DNA of 64,000 nt from an uncultured Candidatus Sumerlaeota bacterium (GCA_964389675.1 CAYMEV010000003.1:129109-193108), one strand, 5' to 3'. Counted from the first letter of the stretch, positions 19,825 through 31,700 are shown. Program-made: numbers and translations. The notes: a model not told the origin generated them from the letters alone.

Positions 19825-21642
19825 ATGACAGGAAGATATTACATAATGCGCTTTTTTTTAATATTCCTTATTTATTCTCTATGTGCTTTAATAGCCTTCG
19901 GTTCTTCTTATGGCCTTATATCTGATGCCTGTGAAAGAGGTGATATCAGTATTTATGACAAAGCCCTTCTGCAGGCTATGCTGATCCTGGATTATGAATC
20001 TGTCCCTGCGGAATACAAAACAAAAAATCCATGCGAAAGAAGCTTCATGTGTGCCACAGGTCTTATTAAGGAAGCAGAGTCAATATTGCGTTCTGCTCCC
20101 GCAGAGTATATCTTAAGGTATAAGTCAGTCAGATCAAGGCCGGGTTATTCAAACAAGGTCTATCGATATCTCTCAGGACAGGGGCATTTCTATATCCATT
20201 ATACGGTAAAGGGCGAGCATGCTGTAGATACCGCAGATGATAATACTAATGGGATACCAGATAAGGTAGAGCTTATGGCTGAATATTTTGAATATTCCCA
20301 TGATATTTATCACAGCCAGCTGGGTTATATTCTTCCTCCTTCTGACGGGGAGGCAGGCGGAGGGATTGATATCTATGATGTATATATTGAAAATTACCCG
20401 GAATATTATGGCTATACGATGCCAGAATACTATTCCGGTGATATGCCTGACTATTCCACAAGGACAGTAAGCTATATCGGAATATCAAGCTGGGTTACAG
20501 GAGATGATCTCGGAGCCACCATAGCCCATGAATATTATCATGCATGCCAGATGGCGTATTACTGCGATTATAATGCATATTCCTCATGGGCATGGGATGA
20601 GAATACAGCCATGTATACAGAGAAGATAGTTTTCCCGGAGGGAAATACATGGCTTGCCTACACAGGATACAGGCAGAACAGGCCTTTTAATGGGTTATGG
20701 CTGTTTGACGGATGGACTGAATACTCCAATGTTATCTGGCCGTTTTTCATTAGGGAGGCCCTGGTTGATTACGATGATACATTCTTCAGGACAGTTTTTG
20801 AAGAGCTTGGCAATTCTACTACAAATAATGAGGGAGGCTTCTACCCTTTTATCATCGATGAGCTCCTTTGCAGCTCTGCTGGTATGACTCTCAGGGAAGC
20901 CTATCAGATATTCACTCAGTGGAATTACCTGGTAAAGGACTGTTATGACGGAAGTGGATATGATGACGGAGAGGCATTTATCAGACAGCCAAAACCCCAT
21001 CAGGTATTATATTACCAGGATCTGCCCTTTTCTGGAACAGGTGACCCGAACTATAGCAATGAAATTCCGCCTGAGTCGCATGCAAGCCATTATATAGAAA
21101 TATACCCTGAACAAGCAGGGCCTGGAGCCCTTGTTGCAAAAATACAGGGAGATTTATCCAAAAACCAGGTATGGGGTTATTCAATTCTCTGCCATGAACG
21201 TCAGTTTCCCTTAACCGCCGGATGGACAGCCTGCAGCAGGGAGATCAGCCAGAAAGCAGGAGCTATGGATATATTGCTTCCGGAGCCGGGCCTCTATGAC
21301 AGAGTGGTCCTGATTATTGATAACCTGCAGTACATGGAGGAACCTGAGAGCAGAAACTACTCCTATTCAGTATCCCTGCATAATGATGTGCAGGTTTCAG
21401 GCATAGAACCTGATTCAGGGCATATAAGCGGAAATGAAATAGTACAAATATCAGGGGCTAATTTTGACAGCGGTGCCAGTGTCTTTTTTGATAAAACACC
21501 AGCCCTAATGGTGGATTTTATAAACAGCAGAGAGATTATTATCCTTACCCCTCCTCATTCAGAAGGTTCTGTTTCCATAACCGTAAGCACGATGTTTCAT
21601 GGCAGTCTAAGGCTGTATGATGCTTTTCTTTTTTATGAATAA
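19825..21642 (+). CDS. secreted zinc metalloprotease (HEXXH, MXAN_6640-like) with C-terminal IPT/TIG domain
   Basis: Signal peptide; GHFYIHYT, PPSDG, IAHEYYHACQ, WDENTA; IPT/TIG VSGIEPDSGHISGNEIVQISGANF. The true start may be 19846. Confidence 0.8.
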   Translation: MTGRYYIMRFFLIFLIYSLCALIAFGSSYGLISDACERGDISIYDKALLQAMLILDYESVPAEYKTKNPCERSFMCATGLIKEAESILRSAPAEYILRYKSVRSRPGYSNKVYRYLSGQGHFYIHYTVKGEHAVDTADDNTNGIPDKVELMAEYFEYSHDIYHSQLGYILPPSDGEAGGGIDIYDVYIENYPEYYGYTMPEYYSGDMPDYSTRTVSYIGISSWVTGDDLGATIAHEYYHACQMAYYCDYNAYSSWAWDENTAMYTEKIVFPEGNTWLAYTGYRQNRPFNGLWLFDGWTEYSNVIWPFFIREALVDYDDTFFRTVFEELGNSTTNNEGGFYPFIIDELLCSSAGMTLREAYQIFTQWNYLVKDCYDGSGYDDGEAFIRQPKPHQVLYYQDLPFSGTGDPNYSNEIPPESHASHYIEIYPEQAGPGALVAKIQGDLSKNQVWGYSILCHERQFPLTAGWTACSREISQKAGAMDILLPEPGLYDRVVLIIDNLQYMEEPESRNYSYSVSLHNDVQVSGIEPDSGHISGNEIVQISGANFDSGASVFFDKTPALMVDFINSREIIILTPPHSEGSVSITVSTMFHGSLRLYDAFLFYE

Positions 21643-21777
21643 GCATATGCTATAAATTTGCTCATATCAAAATAAGGATTAAAACATTACCGCATCAGAT
21701 AATCTGAAAATAACATCAGAATTATCCCAGAAGAAATATTATGCAGGATAGTTCTGCCTGTCCTGATTCTGAATATC

Positions 21778-22334
21778 TATAGCTATTCTTCAAATATTAT
21801 CTCACTTATCATATAGGAAAGGGTCCTTGTGTCATTTCCGGTACCCAGCTCTCTGGCTGAGATGGAGTAAGCAAACTCAAGGTCCAGGAAGATATTTTTA
21901 TCCCTGAAATCTTCATCTTCCATTTCTATATCAATATATGAAGGCTCTTTTTCAACAGTCCCTTCATATGCAGTTCTGCCATTGATACTGACCTTTATGG
22001 TCTGCTTTTTCCCCTCAGCATACTGGGGGAAACCGAATATCCTTACCCTGCTGTATTTATGACCCTGATTCGGGAAGGCAAAGATCGCACTATTTCCTGT
22101 AATCCACCTAAGTTCCCCCCCCTCAACTTCCGGGAAAACTCCCCTTGCGATATATGCCCTGATATCCTTATCAGACATCCTGTAGGTGTTTCTTTTTATA
22201 TCCTTTGCTTTTTCAAGTATGAACATTATATTCCCCTGATCATCTGTCCTCTCTTCCAGAACAGGGAATACTCTCCTTACAAGATCAAGGTAGTCCGGTA
22301 TGAAGTCATATCCCTTATGCTTATATTTAAGCTT
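21778..22334 (+). repeat. 557 bp near-identical direct repeat, copy 1 (3' end of paralogue B)
   Basis: Matches 23984-24540 (offset 2206); only two differences seen, at 21804 and 21823. Confidence 0.9.
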
Positions 22335-23999
22335 TTCCAATTCCTTCCTGAAGACTACAATATATTTAAGGTCTGCAATGCTTAGAAAGCCATCAGCGAC
22401 AGACTGAGCCTCGTCTATAAGCTTATAGTCAGGGATTTTGCCCTCCTGCATTAATAGAAATATCTTGAAAAGTGGCAGATTTGTAAAATAATTAAATACA
22501 TAAGGTGAAAGCTTGCATACATATCCGTTCACCATCCTCTTATTATGGAAGGCAGGGTAGAGCATATATTGTATTGCCCAAACACCCGCATTTGCTTTAG
22601 CCCATGTCCATGATAACGGCATTTCAATTACAGAGCAATCTTCTGTATCATCCCTGACGGTCTGGTAATGAGAAGAGATATAGTCATATTCAATGGATGT
22701 ATGAAAGGGAATATTAATATACTCTGCAAGCAGTATAAAGCAGAGGCTTATATGGAGAATTGCATATATTCTGTCCTTATTTAAATTACTGAATTTTGAT
22801 GACAGATAGTTCAGGATGTACCGGTAGTATAATCCAACAAATACTGCAAATGCAAAGAATGCAAAGCTAATTATCCTCCAGGAAGCCCTTATTGCATCTA
22901 ATACAGGCAGTTTGGTGAAGATCAGAAATGGAGCAGGGCATCTAAAATTCACAAATGGACTTATTGTAAAATACGGGCCAAATGACAATAAAAAGAATAT
23001 GAAAAAGCTAAAAAGCCAGATCCATCCTCCCCTGACACTTCTTAGCCTAATAACAGAGAGGATTAACAGAAAAACGCCACCCCATCCGAATATGGGCAGG
23101 AAATACCTTGCAAAACCCGGTGCGATCTTTCCTATATATCTATACAAATTGCCTCTGTAAAAAACTGAGCTTGTATAATTAATGAGATAAGACCCTGTTA
23201 TTTCTTCTAACCCGGAAGAAGCTACTTCTGAATATTCGCTCATATCAATCTGGACAAGCACAGGGACTGTAAAAATGAATACTATCACAGAAAAAATAAT
23301 AATATGCTTTAAATAGCTAAATAAAATGATCGGTTCTTTAATATGGCTGATAAAGAAATATCCAGATAATATCATTCCCAAGATCACTGTATAAATAGCC
23401 AGCTGGTATTCTGTATAAAAAATGCTTGCAAAACAAAGTGAACTGAAAACAGCATATTTATATTTCCTTGTCTCCAGCATTTTATAGAAAAATAATACAA
23501 ACAGAGGCACAAAAGCATCAAAATACATGTTGAAATAGCCACTGTTAGATACAAGCCTAACCCTGATGGGGCTGAAAGCAAAAATAAGCCCCGCGATAAA
23601 TGCAGAGGAGCTGTCCTTTGTCAGATACAATACAAGTCTGTACATGAATAGTCCGCCAAGAAAAAATGACAGGAATGCAATTAAATTATATGTGAATACA
23701 ACGCCGAATAGATGATAAAAGGGAATCGTAATCAGTATAGGGAATAAGCCAAATGCATGGAATATGCCACAGAAAGAAAAGGGATAGAAAAGATAATCGA
23801 TTGTATAAATATCCTTAAATTCCATGATGCATTTATTTACCCACCAGATATTCCATATAAACTGGTATTTATCGCCATAGGAGGCTATTGGGCGGGAGAA
23901 AAAACAGATAAAAGTCGGGTATGTCATTACAAGAGTAAGAAGGAAAAAAAGCAGTACTATAAAATACTGCCGATTCTTAAAAGTATAGCTATTCTTCAA
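21783..23999 (-). CDS. multi-pass membrane GT-C-like glycosyltransferase (YfhO-like), paralogue B
   Basis: About 12 TM segments; GDKYQFIWNIWW, AFIAGLIFAFSP, AIRASWR, HNKRMVNGY; soluble C-terminal domain; TTG start overlapping the upstream paralogue. Confidence 0.75.
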   Translation of the reverse strand: MKNSYTFKNRQYFIVLLFFLLTLVMTYPTFICFFSRPIASYGDKYQFIWNIWWVNKCIMEFKDIYTIDYLFYPFSFCGIFHAFGLFPILITIPFYHLFGVVFTYNLIAFLSFFLGGLFMYRLVLYLTKDSSSAFIAGLIFAFSPIRVRLVSNSGYFNMYFDAFVPLFVLFFYKMLETRKYKYAVFSSLCFASIFYTEYQLAIYTVILGMILSGYFFISHIKEPIILFSYLKHIIIFSVIVFIFTVPVLVQIDMSEYSEVASSGLEEITGSYLINYTSSVFYRGNLYRYIGKIAPGFARYFLPIFGWGGVFLLILSVIRLRSVRGGWIWLFSFFIFFLLSFGPYFTISPFVNFRCPAPFLIFTKLPVLDAIRASWRIISFAFFAFAVFVGLYYRYILNYLSSKFSNLNKDRIYAILHISLCFILLAEYINIPFHTSIEYDYISSHYQTVRDDTEDCSVIEMPLSWTWAKANAGVWAIQYMLYPAFHNKRMVNGYVCKLSPYVFNYFTNLPLFKIFLLMQEGKIPDYKLIDEAQSVADGFLSIADLKYIVVFRKELEKLKYKHKGYDFIPDYLDLVRRVFPVLEERTDDQGNIMFILEKAKDIKRNTYRMSDKDIRAYIARGVFPEVEGGELRWITGNSAIFAFPNQGHKYSRVRIFGFPQYAEGKKQTIKVSINGRTAYEGTVEKEPSYIDIEMEDEDFRDKNIFLDLEFAYSISARELGTGNDTRTLSYMISEIIFEE

Positions 24000-24540
24000 A
24001 TATTATCTCCCTTATCATATAGGAAAGGCTCCTTGTGTCATTTCCGGTACCCAGCTCTCTGGCTGAGATGGAGTAAGCAAACTCAAGGTCCAGGAAGATA
24101 TTTTTATCCCTGAAATCTTCATCTTCCATTTCTATATCAATATATGAAGGCTCTTTTTCAACAGTCCCTTCATATGCAGTTCTGCCATTGATACTGACCT
24201 TTATGGTCTGCTTTTTCCCCTCAGCATACTGGGGGAAACCGAATATCCTTACCCTGCTGTATTTATGACCCTGATTCGGGAAGGCAAAGATCGCACTATT
24301 TCCTGTAATCCACCTAAGTTCCCCCCCCTCAACTTCCGGGAAAACTCCCCTTGCGATATATGCCCTGATATCCTTATCAGACATCCTGTAGGTGTTTCTT
24401 TTTATATCCTTTGCTTTTTCAAGTATGAACATTATATTCCCCTGATCATCTGTCCTCTCTTCCAGAACAGGGAATACTCTCCTTACAAGATCAAGGTAGT
24501 CCGGTATGAAGTCATATCCCTTATGCTTATATTTAAGCTT
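23984..24540 (+). repeat. 557 bp near-identical direct repeat, copy 2 (3' end of paralogue A)
   Basis: Matches 21778-22334; differences at 24010 and 24029. Confidence 0.9.
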
Positions 24541-26217
24541 CTCAAGGAATCTTTTATGAACAACGATATATTTAAGGTCTGCAAGCTTTACAAAGCCCTC
24601 TGAAACATTTTGAGCTTCCTCTATTAGCTTATCATCAGGGATTTTCCCGTCCTGCATTAGAATAAATACTCTGAACAAAGGCAGTTCTTTGAAATAGTTG
24701 AATATATAAGGGGGAAGCTTGGATACATATCCATTGACTTCCCTCTTATTATGAAAAGCGGGATAATACATATACAATACGGAAAAGACATCTACATAGC
24801 CTTTGGCCCAAAGCCAGGATACAGGCATTTCAAGCACAGAACAATCATCTTTATCCTGTCTGATCAGGGCATAATGTGAAGAGATATCATCATATTCTAA
24901 GGCAGTCTTTAAGGGAATATTGATGTATTCTGCAAATATAAGAAAGCACAGCATTATATTTAAGGTATATAATACTTTCTTTTTATTATCTTTCTTTATC
25001 CTGGATGACAAATATTCTGTGATACTGCGGTAATGCATTCCTATAAAGACAGCAAGAGAGAAAAAAACAAAGCTTGCAATCCTCCATGGAGCCCTTATGG
25101 CATTGAGTACAGGTACCTTAGCAAATAAAAGATAGGGAGTTGGGAAGGAAAAACCGGTATTGGGGCTTATGGTGAAGTAGCAGCCGAAGGACAGGATGAA
25201 AAAAACCATTAGAAGAAATAGCCACATCCATCCCGGGCTTGTTTTTAATGTTTTAATGAATAGTATGGAAAATATAAACAGCAAAAGCACCGCCCAGCCT
25301 GACAGGGGCAAAGCATACCTGGCAAGATCAGGGAAAATACTGCCTATATACCTGTATAGATTACCCCTGAATAATGCAGAACTCATATAGATCATCAGGT
25401 TTAACCCTACTATATGCTCCTCGGGAGTATAAGTCATCTCGGTATATTCAACCTGATCCAGTTGCCTTAGTACAGGCACAGCAAGTATTAATACAATAAA
25501 GGCAAAAAAGAGGCCATTTTTTATCTGATTAATTAGAACTGCTTTTTTTCTGATGTTCCTGATAAAAAAATAAGCAAATATTACAGCACCTGTTATCACT
25601 GTATAAACTGTAAGCTGGTATTCAGTATAGAAAATGCTTATAAAAGCCAGGGAACTGATTATTGCATACCTGTAACGCCCTGTTTTCAGCATCTTTAAGA
25701 AAAAAAGTACAAACAGCGGTACAAAGGCATCAAAGTGCATATTAAAGTATCCACCGGAAGAAACCATACGGATCCTTACAGGATTGAAAGCAAATATAAT
25801 ACCTGCAATAAATGCTGAAGGCATGTCCTTTGTAAGATAAAGCACTAGTTTGTACATAAAAACCCCTGCAAGAAAAAAAGAGAGGAAAGCAATAAGGTTA
25901 TAAACAAATACGGGGCCAAAAAGATGATAAAAAGGTATTGTAATAAGAATAGGGAAGATAGAGAATGTATGAAATACACCGCTGAAGGAAAAGGGATAAA
26001 ACAAGTAATCTATGGTATAGATATCCTTAAACTCCAAAATGCATTTATTTACCCACCAGATATTCCATATAAACTGGTATTTATCCCCATAAACAGATAT
26101 AGGGTGGGAAAAGAAATAAATTACCAGAGGGTAGGTCATTATTATTGTGAGAATAAAGAATAATGAGTATGGAATAATATTTAACCTGATATGCTCTAAT
26201 GCTTTTTTAATAATCAT
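23989..26217 (-). CDS. multi-pass membrane GT-C-like glycosyltransferase (YfhO-like), paralogue A
   Basis: Same motifs as the neighbour (GDKYQFIWNIWW, AIRAPWR, HNKREVNGY); collinear over its full length. Confidence 0.75.
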   Translation of the reverse strand: MIIKKALEHIRLNIIPYSLFFILTIIMTYPLVIYFFSHPISVYGDKYQFIWNIWWVNKCILEFKDIYTIDYLFYPFSFSGVFHTFSIFPILITIPFYHLFGPVFVYNLIAFLSFFLAGVFMYKLVLYLTKDMPSAFIAGIIFAFNPVRIRMVSSGGYFNMHFDAFVPLFVLFFLKMLKTGRYRYAIISSLAFISIFYTEYQLTVYTVITGAVIFAYFFIRNIRKKAVLINQIKNGLFFAFIVLILAVPVLRQLDQVEYTEMTYTPEEHIVGLNLMIYMSSALFRGNLYRYIGSIFPDLARYALPLSGWAVLLLFIFSILFIKTLKTSPGWMWLFLLMVFFILSFGCYFTISPNTGFSFPTPYLLFAKVPVLNAIRAPWRIASFVFFSLAVFIGMHYRSITEYLSSRIKKDNKKKVLYTLNIMLCFLIFAEYINIPLKTALEYDDISSHYALIRQDKDDCSVLEMPVSWLWAKGYVDVFSVLYMYYPAFHNKREVNGYVSKLPPYIFNYFKELPLFRVFILMQDGKIPDDKLIEEAQNVSEGFVKLADLKYIVVHKRFLEKLKYKHKGYDFIPDYLDLVRRVFPVLEERTDDQGNIMFILEKAKDIKRNTYRMSDKDIRAYIARGVFPEVEGGELRWITGNSAIFAFPNQGHKYSRVRIFGFPQYAEGKKQTIKVSINGRTAYEGTVEKEPSYIDIEMEDEDFRDKNIFLDLEFAYSISARELGTGNDTRSLSYMIREIIFEE

Positions 26218-26442
26218 TTTATGTTATGCCTGCCTTTAAAATTTATAAGGCTAAAATTGCTAACTATTATGGCCAATTCATCATGAAAATCAACCAAAAA
26301 AATATATCCTGGCCATTTAGCAGTTTGTATTATTCTCCTGAAAGAGCATCAGGATCCTTTTGTTTTAGGAAATATTCAAAAAACTCGCTCTAAATGTAAA
26401 ATTGTGTAAAATTGCTGAGATTGAAGACAGTACTGAAAGATC

Positions 26443-28749
26443 CTATTTTACAGTAATGGTTACAGTATTGCCCGGCTGTCCTGAATCATCAATAATGTAT
26501 ATTCTTTTTGTCCCCTTTTCGGGCCTGATATTTATCTGCATATCATTCGGGTATCTTTCAATATAAGTATCATCAATAAAGAGATATAGGTATTCTGTCT
26601 GATCTGATGCGGAGATCTTCAATGATATTACATCTTCATTGTCTGAAAGTTCGAAGACCTGATCATCCTGTGGGAATATTATCAGGGGGGGAGGAATTGT
26701 CTGTGGTGAGCAGTCCTTGCGGTATTTCGGCATGCTGAAGGATATATTCTTATTAAGCCTGAGCCAGCTTGAAACAGAGGGAGGAAAATCGACAAAAACG
26801 CTATAGCTGTATTTACCTGAAAGGGAGGAAGGGTTGCATACAGCATATCCTTCACTGTCCACGGGAAGGAGCTGGTGATACCTGCATTTTTCCATGGGGA
26901 TCTTTGAAGCAAGAGCAAGAGTCTTTTTGGTATGGGGGCAGTAGTCATTCGGTATCATGCCTGAAAGAGAGCATACATCAATCTCGGTGACCTCCTCCGG
27001 CTGTCTGTACCATGTTATTGGCTTGTTTTTCATAAGCAGGTTAAACAGCATGAACATGAGAGGCGCTGCGGTGCTGTGCCCTGTGTTGACAGGGGGGATG
27101 GCTCCTTTCAGGTTACCTGTCCATACACCTATTATAAAATCAGGATTATAGCCCAGGGCCCATGCATCACGGTACATATATGATGTCCCGGTCTTCCATG
27201 CCACTTTATAGGGTATGTATCTGTCAAGATGAGAGCCGGGATGGCCTGAAAGCATTTCGCTTATTATATATGATGTTCCCTCTTTGAATACCCTTTCCGG
27301 GTCTTTCTGCTTCTGGCCTGTTGTGAATACAAGGTCTTTAAGGGTGCCTTTATTGTTAAAGGCTGAAAAAGCCCTGAGAGCCTCAAGCATTGTGATCTCA
27401 GCACTCCCTAATATGATGGAAAGCCCGTATTTATCATGTGTATATGGGATTGAGAATCCAATGCTTTTTAGAAGATTGAAGAATTTTTCTGTGCCTGTTG
27501 CCTCCAGGAGCTTTATGGCCGGGATGTTAAGGCTGTTGCACAGTGCATCCTTTGCGCTTGATACGCCTGTAAAAATACCTCCGTAATTGGTCGGTTCATA
27601 GTCACTGTAATAAATAGGGACATCTTCAAGCAGTGTTGAGGGGGTTATAAGCCCTGATTCAATGCATTCTGCGTACAAAAAGGGTTTTAGCAGGGAGCCG
27701 GGGCTTAAAGGGGAATCAAATCCTATTATCTGGCCGCTGGATTCTTCAAAATAGTCTTCAGAACCGACAGCTGCAAGTACTTCATTTGTCCTGGAGGAGA
27801 CTATTACTGCGCTGATATTCTTTATTCCTATCTTTTTCAGGTTTGACATATAGTCTTTTATGCTTTTTTCAAGCACTGCCTGAAGCTCTTTATCTATGGT
27901 CGAGATTATCTTTCCTCTCATCCCTGATCTGTAATACAGGTAATCAGAATAATGGGGCATGGAAAAGGGGATATTCTCGGCATTTTCAGGGAGGGGCGTT
28001 TTTGACGATATATCAAAGATATCGCTGCTTATCACCCTGTTATTAAGCATCAGTTTCAGTGCACGGTCACGGGCCTTCCTGATCTTTTCCGGGTCTCCGG
28101 TCGACGGGTTGTGTATGGCCGGTGACCTTGGGATTGTAGTAAGTATTGCTATTTCTCCGGGATTCAGGTCCCGGGTGCTTTTTGAGAAATAGAGCAGGGA
28201 TGCTGTCTCAATACCTTCAATATTGCCTCCGAAGGGGAGAAGGTTTAAGTATATTGTAAGTATATCATTCTTGGAGTATTTCAGTTCTATCTGCAGAGAA
28301 CGGAATGCCTCTATTATCTTATTAAAAAGCGTTCTTCTCTTTGGTTCCATCATTCGGGCAGCCTGCATTGTTATTGTGGAAGCTCCGGATACTATTTCCC
28401 CGTGGATTATATTTGAGTAAAGCGCTTTTACTATTGAAAAAGGGTTAATTCCGGGATGATAGTAAAAGTACCTGTCTTCCGCTGAGATAAAAGCGTCCTT
28501 CACAATGACGGGGATATCCGCATAATCAATGCCTATCCTTATCTTTTCATCGTCTGTAAGGAATACCCTTGCAATGGAGCCGTCATTATAGCAGATGACA
28601 GTGGATTCCTGTTTGCAGAGCTTCTTGAGAGGGAGAGGGAACAGAAAATTCAGGATGAAAAAGGATACGACGGGAAGGGCAAGAAATAAAAAGGGGAGGA
28701 GAAATATTCTCCTCCCGCGGAATAATCCAAGTTTACTTAATTTCAGCAT
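26443..28749 (-). CDS. pbpC: penicillin-binding protein 1C
   Basis: Transglycosylase EDRYFYYHPGI, GASTITMQ; transpeptidase SLLK, SLN, KTG; Cys-rich C-terminal domain; directly downstream of alpha-2-macroglobulin. Confidence 0.92.
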   Translation of the reverse strand: MLKLSKLGLFRGRRIFLLPFLFLALPVVSFFILNFLFPLPLKKLCKQESTVICYNDGSIARVFLTDDEKIRIGIDYADIPVIVKDAFISAEDRYFYYHPGINPFSIVKALYSNIIHGEIVSGASTITMQAARMMEPKRRTLFNKIIEAFRSLQIELKYSKNDILTIYLNLLPFGGNIEGIETASLLYFSKSTRDLNPGEIAILTTIPRSPAIHNPSTGDPEKIRKARDRALKLMLNNRVISSDIFDISSKTPLPENAENIPFSMPHYSDYLYYRSGMRGKIISTIDKELQAVLEKSIKDYMSNLKKIGIKNISAVIVSSRTNEVLAAVGSEDYFEESSGQIIGFDSPLSPGSLLKPFLYAECIESGLITPSTLLEDVPIYYSDYEPTNYGGIFTGVSSAKDALCNSLNIPAIKLLEATGTEKFFNLLKSIGFSIPYTHDKYGLSIILGSAEITMLEALRAFSAFNNKGTLKDLVFTTGQKQKDPERVFKEGTSYIISEMLSGHPGSHLDRYIPYKVAWKTGTSYMYRDAWALGYNPDFIIGVWTGNLKGAIPPVNTGHSTAAPLMFMLFNLLMKNKPITWYRQPEEVTEIDVCSLSGMIPNDYCPHTKKTLALASKIPMEKCRYHQLLPVDSEGYAVCNPSSLSGKYSYSVFVDFPPSVSSWLRLNKNISFSMPKYRKDCSPQTIPPPLIIFPQDDQVFELSDNEDVISLKISASDQTEYLYLFIDDTYIERYPNDMQINIRPEKGTKRIYIIDDSGQPGNTVTITVK

Positions 28750-31700
28750 TCATTGCACTGTCTGATGCCCTTGTTGTCGGGTCATACATTATCTCAATAC
28801 TGACAGGGGGTATCAGGAACCTGCCCTTAGTCAGCGCTTTCAGCTTGTAGAAGATGGCAGTATCCATCCCCGGGTGTATATCGCCGAAGAAGCTTATCTG
28901 ATGATCCTTTATGTCTATGTGTGCCGGGTTATAGATATCCTTCGGCTTTATCCATGATGGCAGGACCTGTTCTGTGAGCCTCGGATTCTCTATTTCAAAG
29001 CCAGCTCCTATCCTGTCTGTTACAGCTGCATTTCTGAACCTGCTCTGGGCAATGATGACTATCTTTGCCCATATCTCCTGCCCCTGCTTTAGGTTCAGCA
29101 TGTCGTCCTGGTTCAGAAGGTTTCCTGCCTCGTCATAGAATACCCTTTTTATCTCTATCCCCTGGGCATATTTTGTGAACTGCACTCCCGGCTTGATGCC
29201 TTCGATGGCAAGCAATGCATAAAAAGGCCTGTCCTTTTTGTTTAATATTTTCAGGTCATGGCCTGTCAGCCCTGAGCCGAAAACTGTCCTCTGACCATGG
29301 GTAAATGATAGGATCTCCTTGCCGTCCTTATATAGATAGCCCTCAAACTGTTCATCCCCGCTTGCTTTGTTCTGCTCTAAAAGCTTTACAAAGGCTCTCA
29401 GGCTCCAGACAAGCTCCTGTGTTGAATAGTAATATACATATTTTCTGGTTCTAAGGTCCTGGACTATCTTCAGCATCAATTGATCCCTTAATTCTGTATC
29501 AGCAAACTGCCCCATATCCATAAGCACATTGAGTATTATGCCCTTCTGCCTCAGTTCGGAATAGAAGAAGAGCTGGAGCTCATTTCTGTCATTTTCGGTT
29601 AAATTGACACCTTTATTGAGGTTCAGGTCTGAAGATATCAGCTCCTTTGCCATGGAAATATTGCCAATATTTGCATATGCTCCTGCAATAAAGGCTATTG
29701 ATTCAGGAAGAAGCCTGTCCCTGTATCTCTGAAGGAAGAAATCAATGTCGTTCTGCCGGGTTTTTTTCATGAGGCTCAATACATAATATCCGTATGCCCT
29801 CGTTGATATGCTGTGAATCTTATCATCCTCAATGTTTATGGTGCCTGTTATATAGTCTGCAAGCGAGTTCAGAACTGACTGGTCAACAAGAAATCCCCTG
29901 GCATTCGCCTCATAAAGGAAATGAGTGGCATAGACAGATACCCAGCTATTGACATTCCTGGTGGATGGCCACATGCCAAATCCGCTGTCTCCTATTCTCA
30001 TTGATATCACCTTGCTGACGGCACTCAGGATAAGCTGGTTGATATCCCTGTCTTTTAGATATTCATTTATCTCCTTGACGGTATCAATATCCTTTAAGTA
30101 CAGAAGCGGAAAGGCAGTGGAGATAGTCTGTTCAAGGCATCCGTACGGGTACCTTATGAGGTACTTGAGATATCCCAGTTCTTTGGAATAGACGAGCGAA
30201 GTAAGCGTTATGAATGTCCTTTCAAACTCGGGGGCCCAGCCTTTGGTATAGCTGTCGAGGCTTGTCTCTCCCTTACTGCATTCAACAAGGTGGTATTCAG
30301 TGACAGATGGTGAATTTGGGAGGATTGGAATGGTTGTTTCTGCGGATGTTCTTTCGCCGTTGCCTTCTGCCTGGATCTTTATTTCAGAAAATCCAAGGTT
30401 GCCTTCCGGCGATGCTTTTGCAATGATTATCTTTGATTCATTATCCTTGATCGGTATCCTGCTGTCCTCAAAACTGATTATTTTTATATTTTCAGCTGAG
30501 ATATCAATACTGAACTCTCCATCCTCTCCTGTTGAATTTACCACTGTAATTGGAATCTCAAATATATCCCCTGCAAGAAGGAACCTTGGCATTGTTGAAA
30601 TAACCTGTATCTTGTCCCTGATAATTGTAAATCCCTCATAAGAGCCGAATTTTCCGTCACTGACGGCAACTGCCATTACCCTTACCTTTCCCAGGAAGTT
30701 CGGGATATCAAAAGCTATAGTGCCCTTGCCATCTTTGCTGACGGTATTGAATCCTGACCAGAATGCAAGTGGTTTTACCCTCATTATCCTTCCCCTGTCA
30801 CCTTCTTCCGGTACCGGAGGCATTTCCTCAAAATCTCCATAGCCTGTTTTCCCGGTATACAGTTCAGTGAATTCCGGCATTATCATTCCAAGTATATCAT
30901 TAAGCTTTACTCCAAGTGCTGTCTTGCTGAAAAAGAATGCATAGGGGTCCGGTGTCATGAATTTCCTTATCTGGAGTATGCCCTCATCAACTGCAAAAAC
31001 AGCTATCCTTCCTTCATTTCCCAGGTTCTTTATTTCATATTCTATCTCCAGGCTTGTATTGGGCTTTATTACCTCAGGATGGGACAATCTTACATCAAGC
31101 TTATTGTCATCATGCCTTATGGCAATATTTGCCATTCCAAGGGCTCTTAACGGAACAGAGCCGTAATTGTATTCACTGTTTATTATGAAGGCTGATACAT
31201 ATACATTATTATAATCCTTGGATTTTGGAGGCACCCTGAAATTTATTGTATTGTGCCCCTTTTTAATATCATGCCATTCTGACAGCAATACATCGTCGCT
31301 GTCAATTGTCATAAGCATTCTGCCATTGAAGGGGGAGTTCAGTACCATCTCAACCTTCTCGCCAGGGAGGGCATTTTCTTTATCAAGTGTCAGGTCTATG
31401 TAATATGGCGCTTTGTTCTTGTCTGCAGTTGTACCGTAACCCCACCACCATGGATATTTTGTGCATTCTGTAACAGACCCTGTATCCCTGTCTGTCAGGG
31501 TTATCCTGTAAGCACCCCAGTAGTTTCTGGAATTGAAATCAAATGAGAATTTTCCATTTTCAGACTTGATCGAATCCCTTTTTATCAAATTCTCTATCTC
31601 TTCAAATCGATACCTGTGCCTTCCATAGTTTGTATCGTAATAGTAGATATACCTGTGCTCTATATGGAAGACTGATATGTCTATATCCCTTTCATCTTCT

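Noticed and set aside
21778-24540. Diversity-generating retroelement TR/VR pair
   Set aside because: Both copies are inside genes, there are only two differences (T/G and C/G on the coding strand, so not adenine-specific), and there is no reverse transcriptase in the window.
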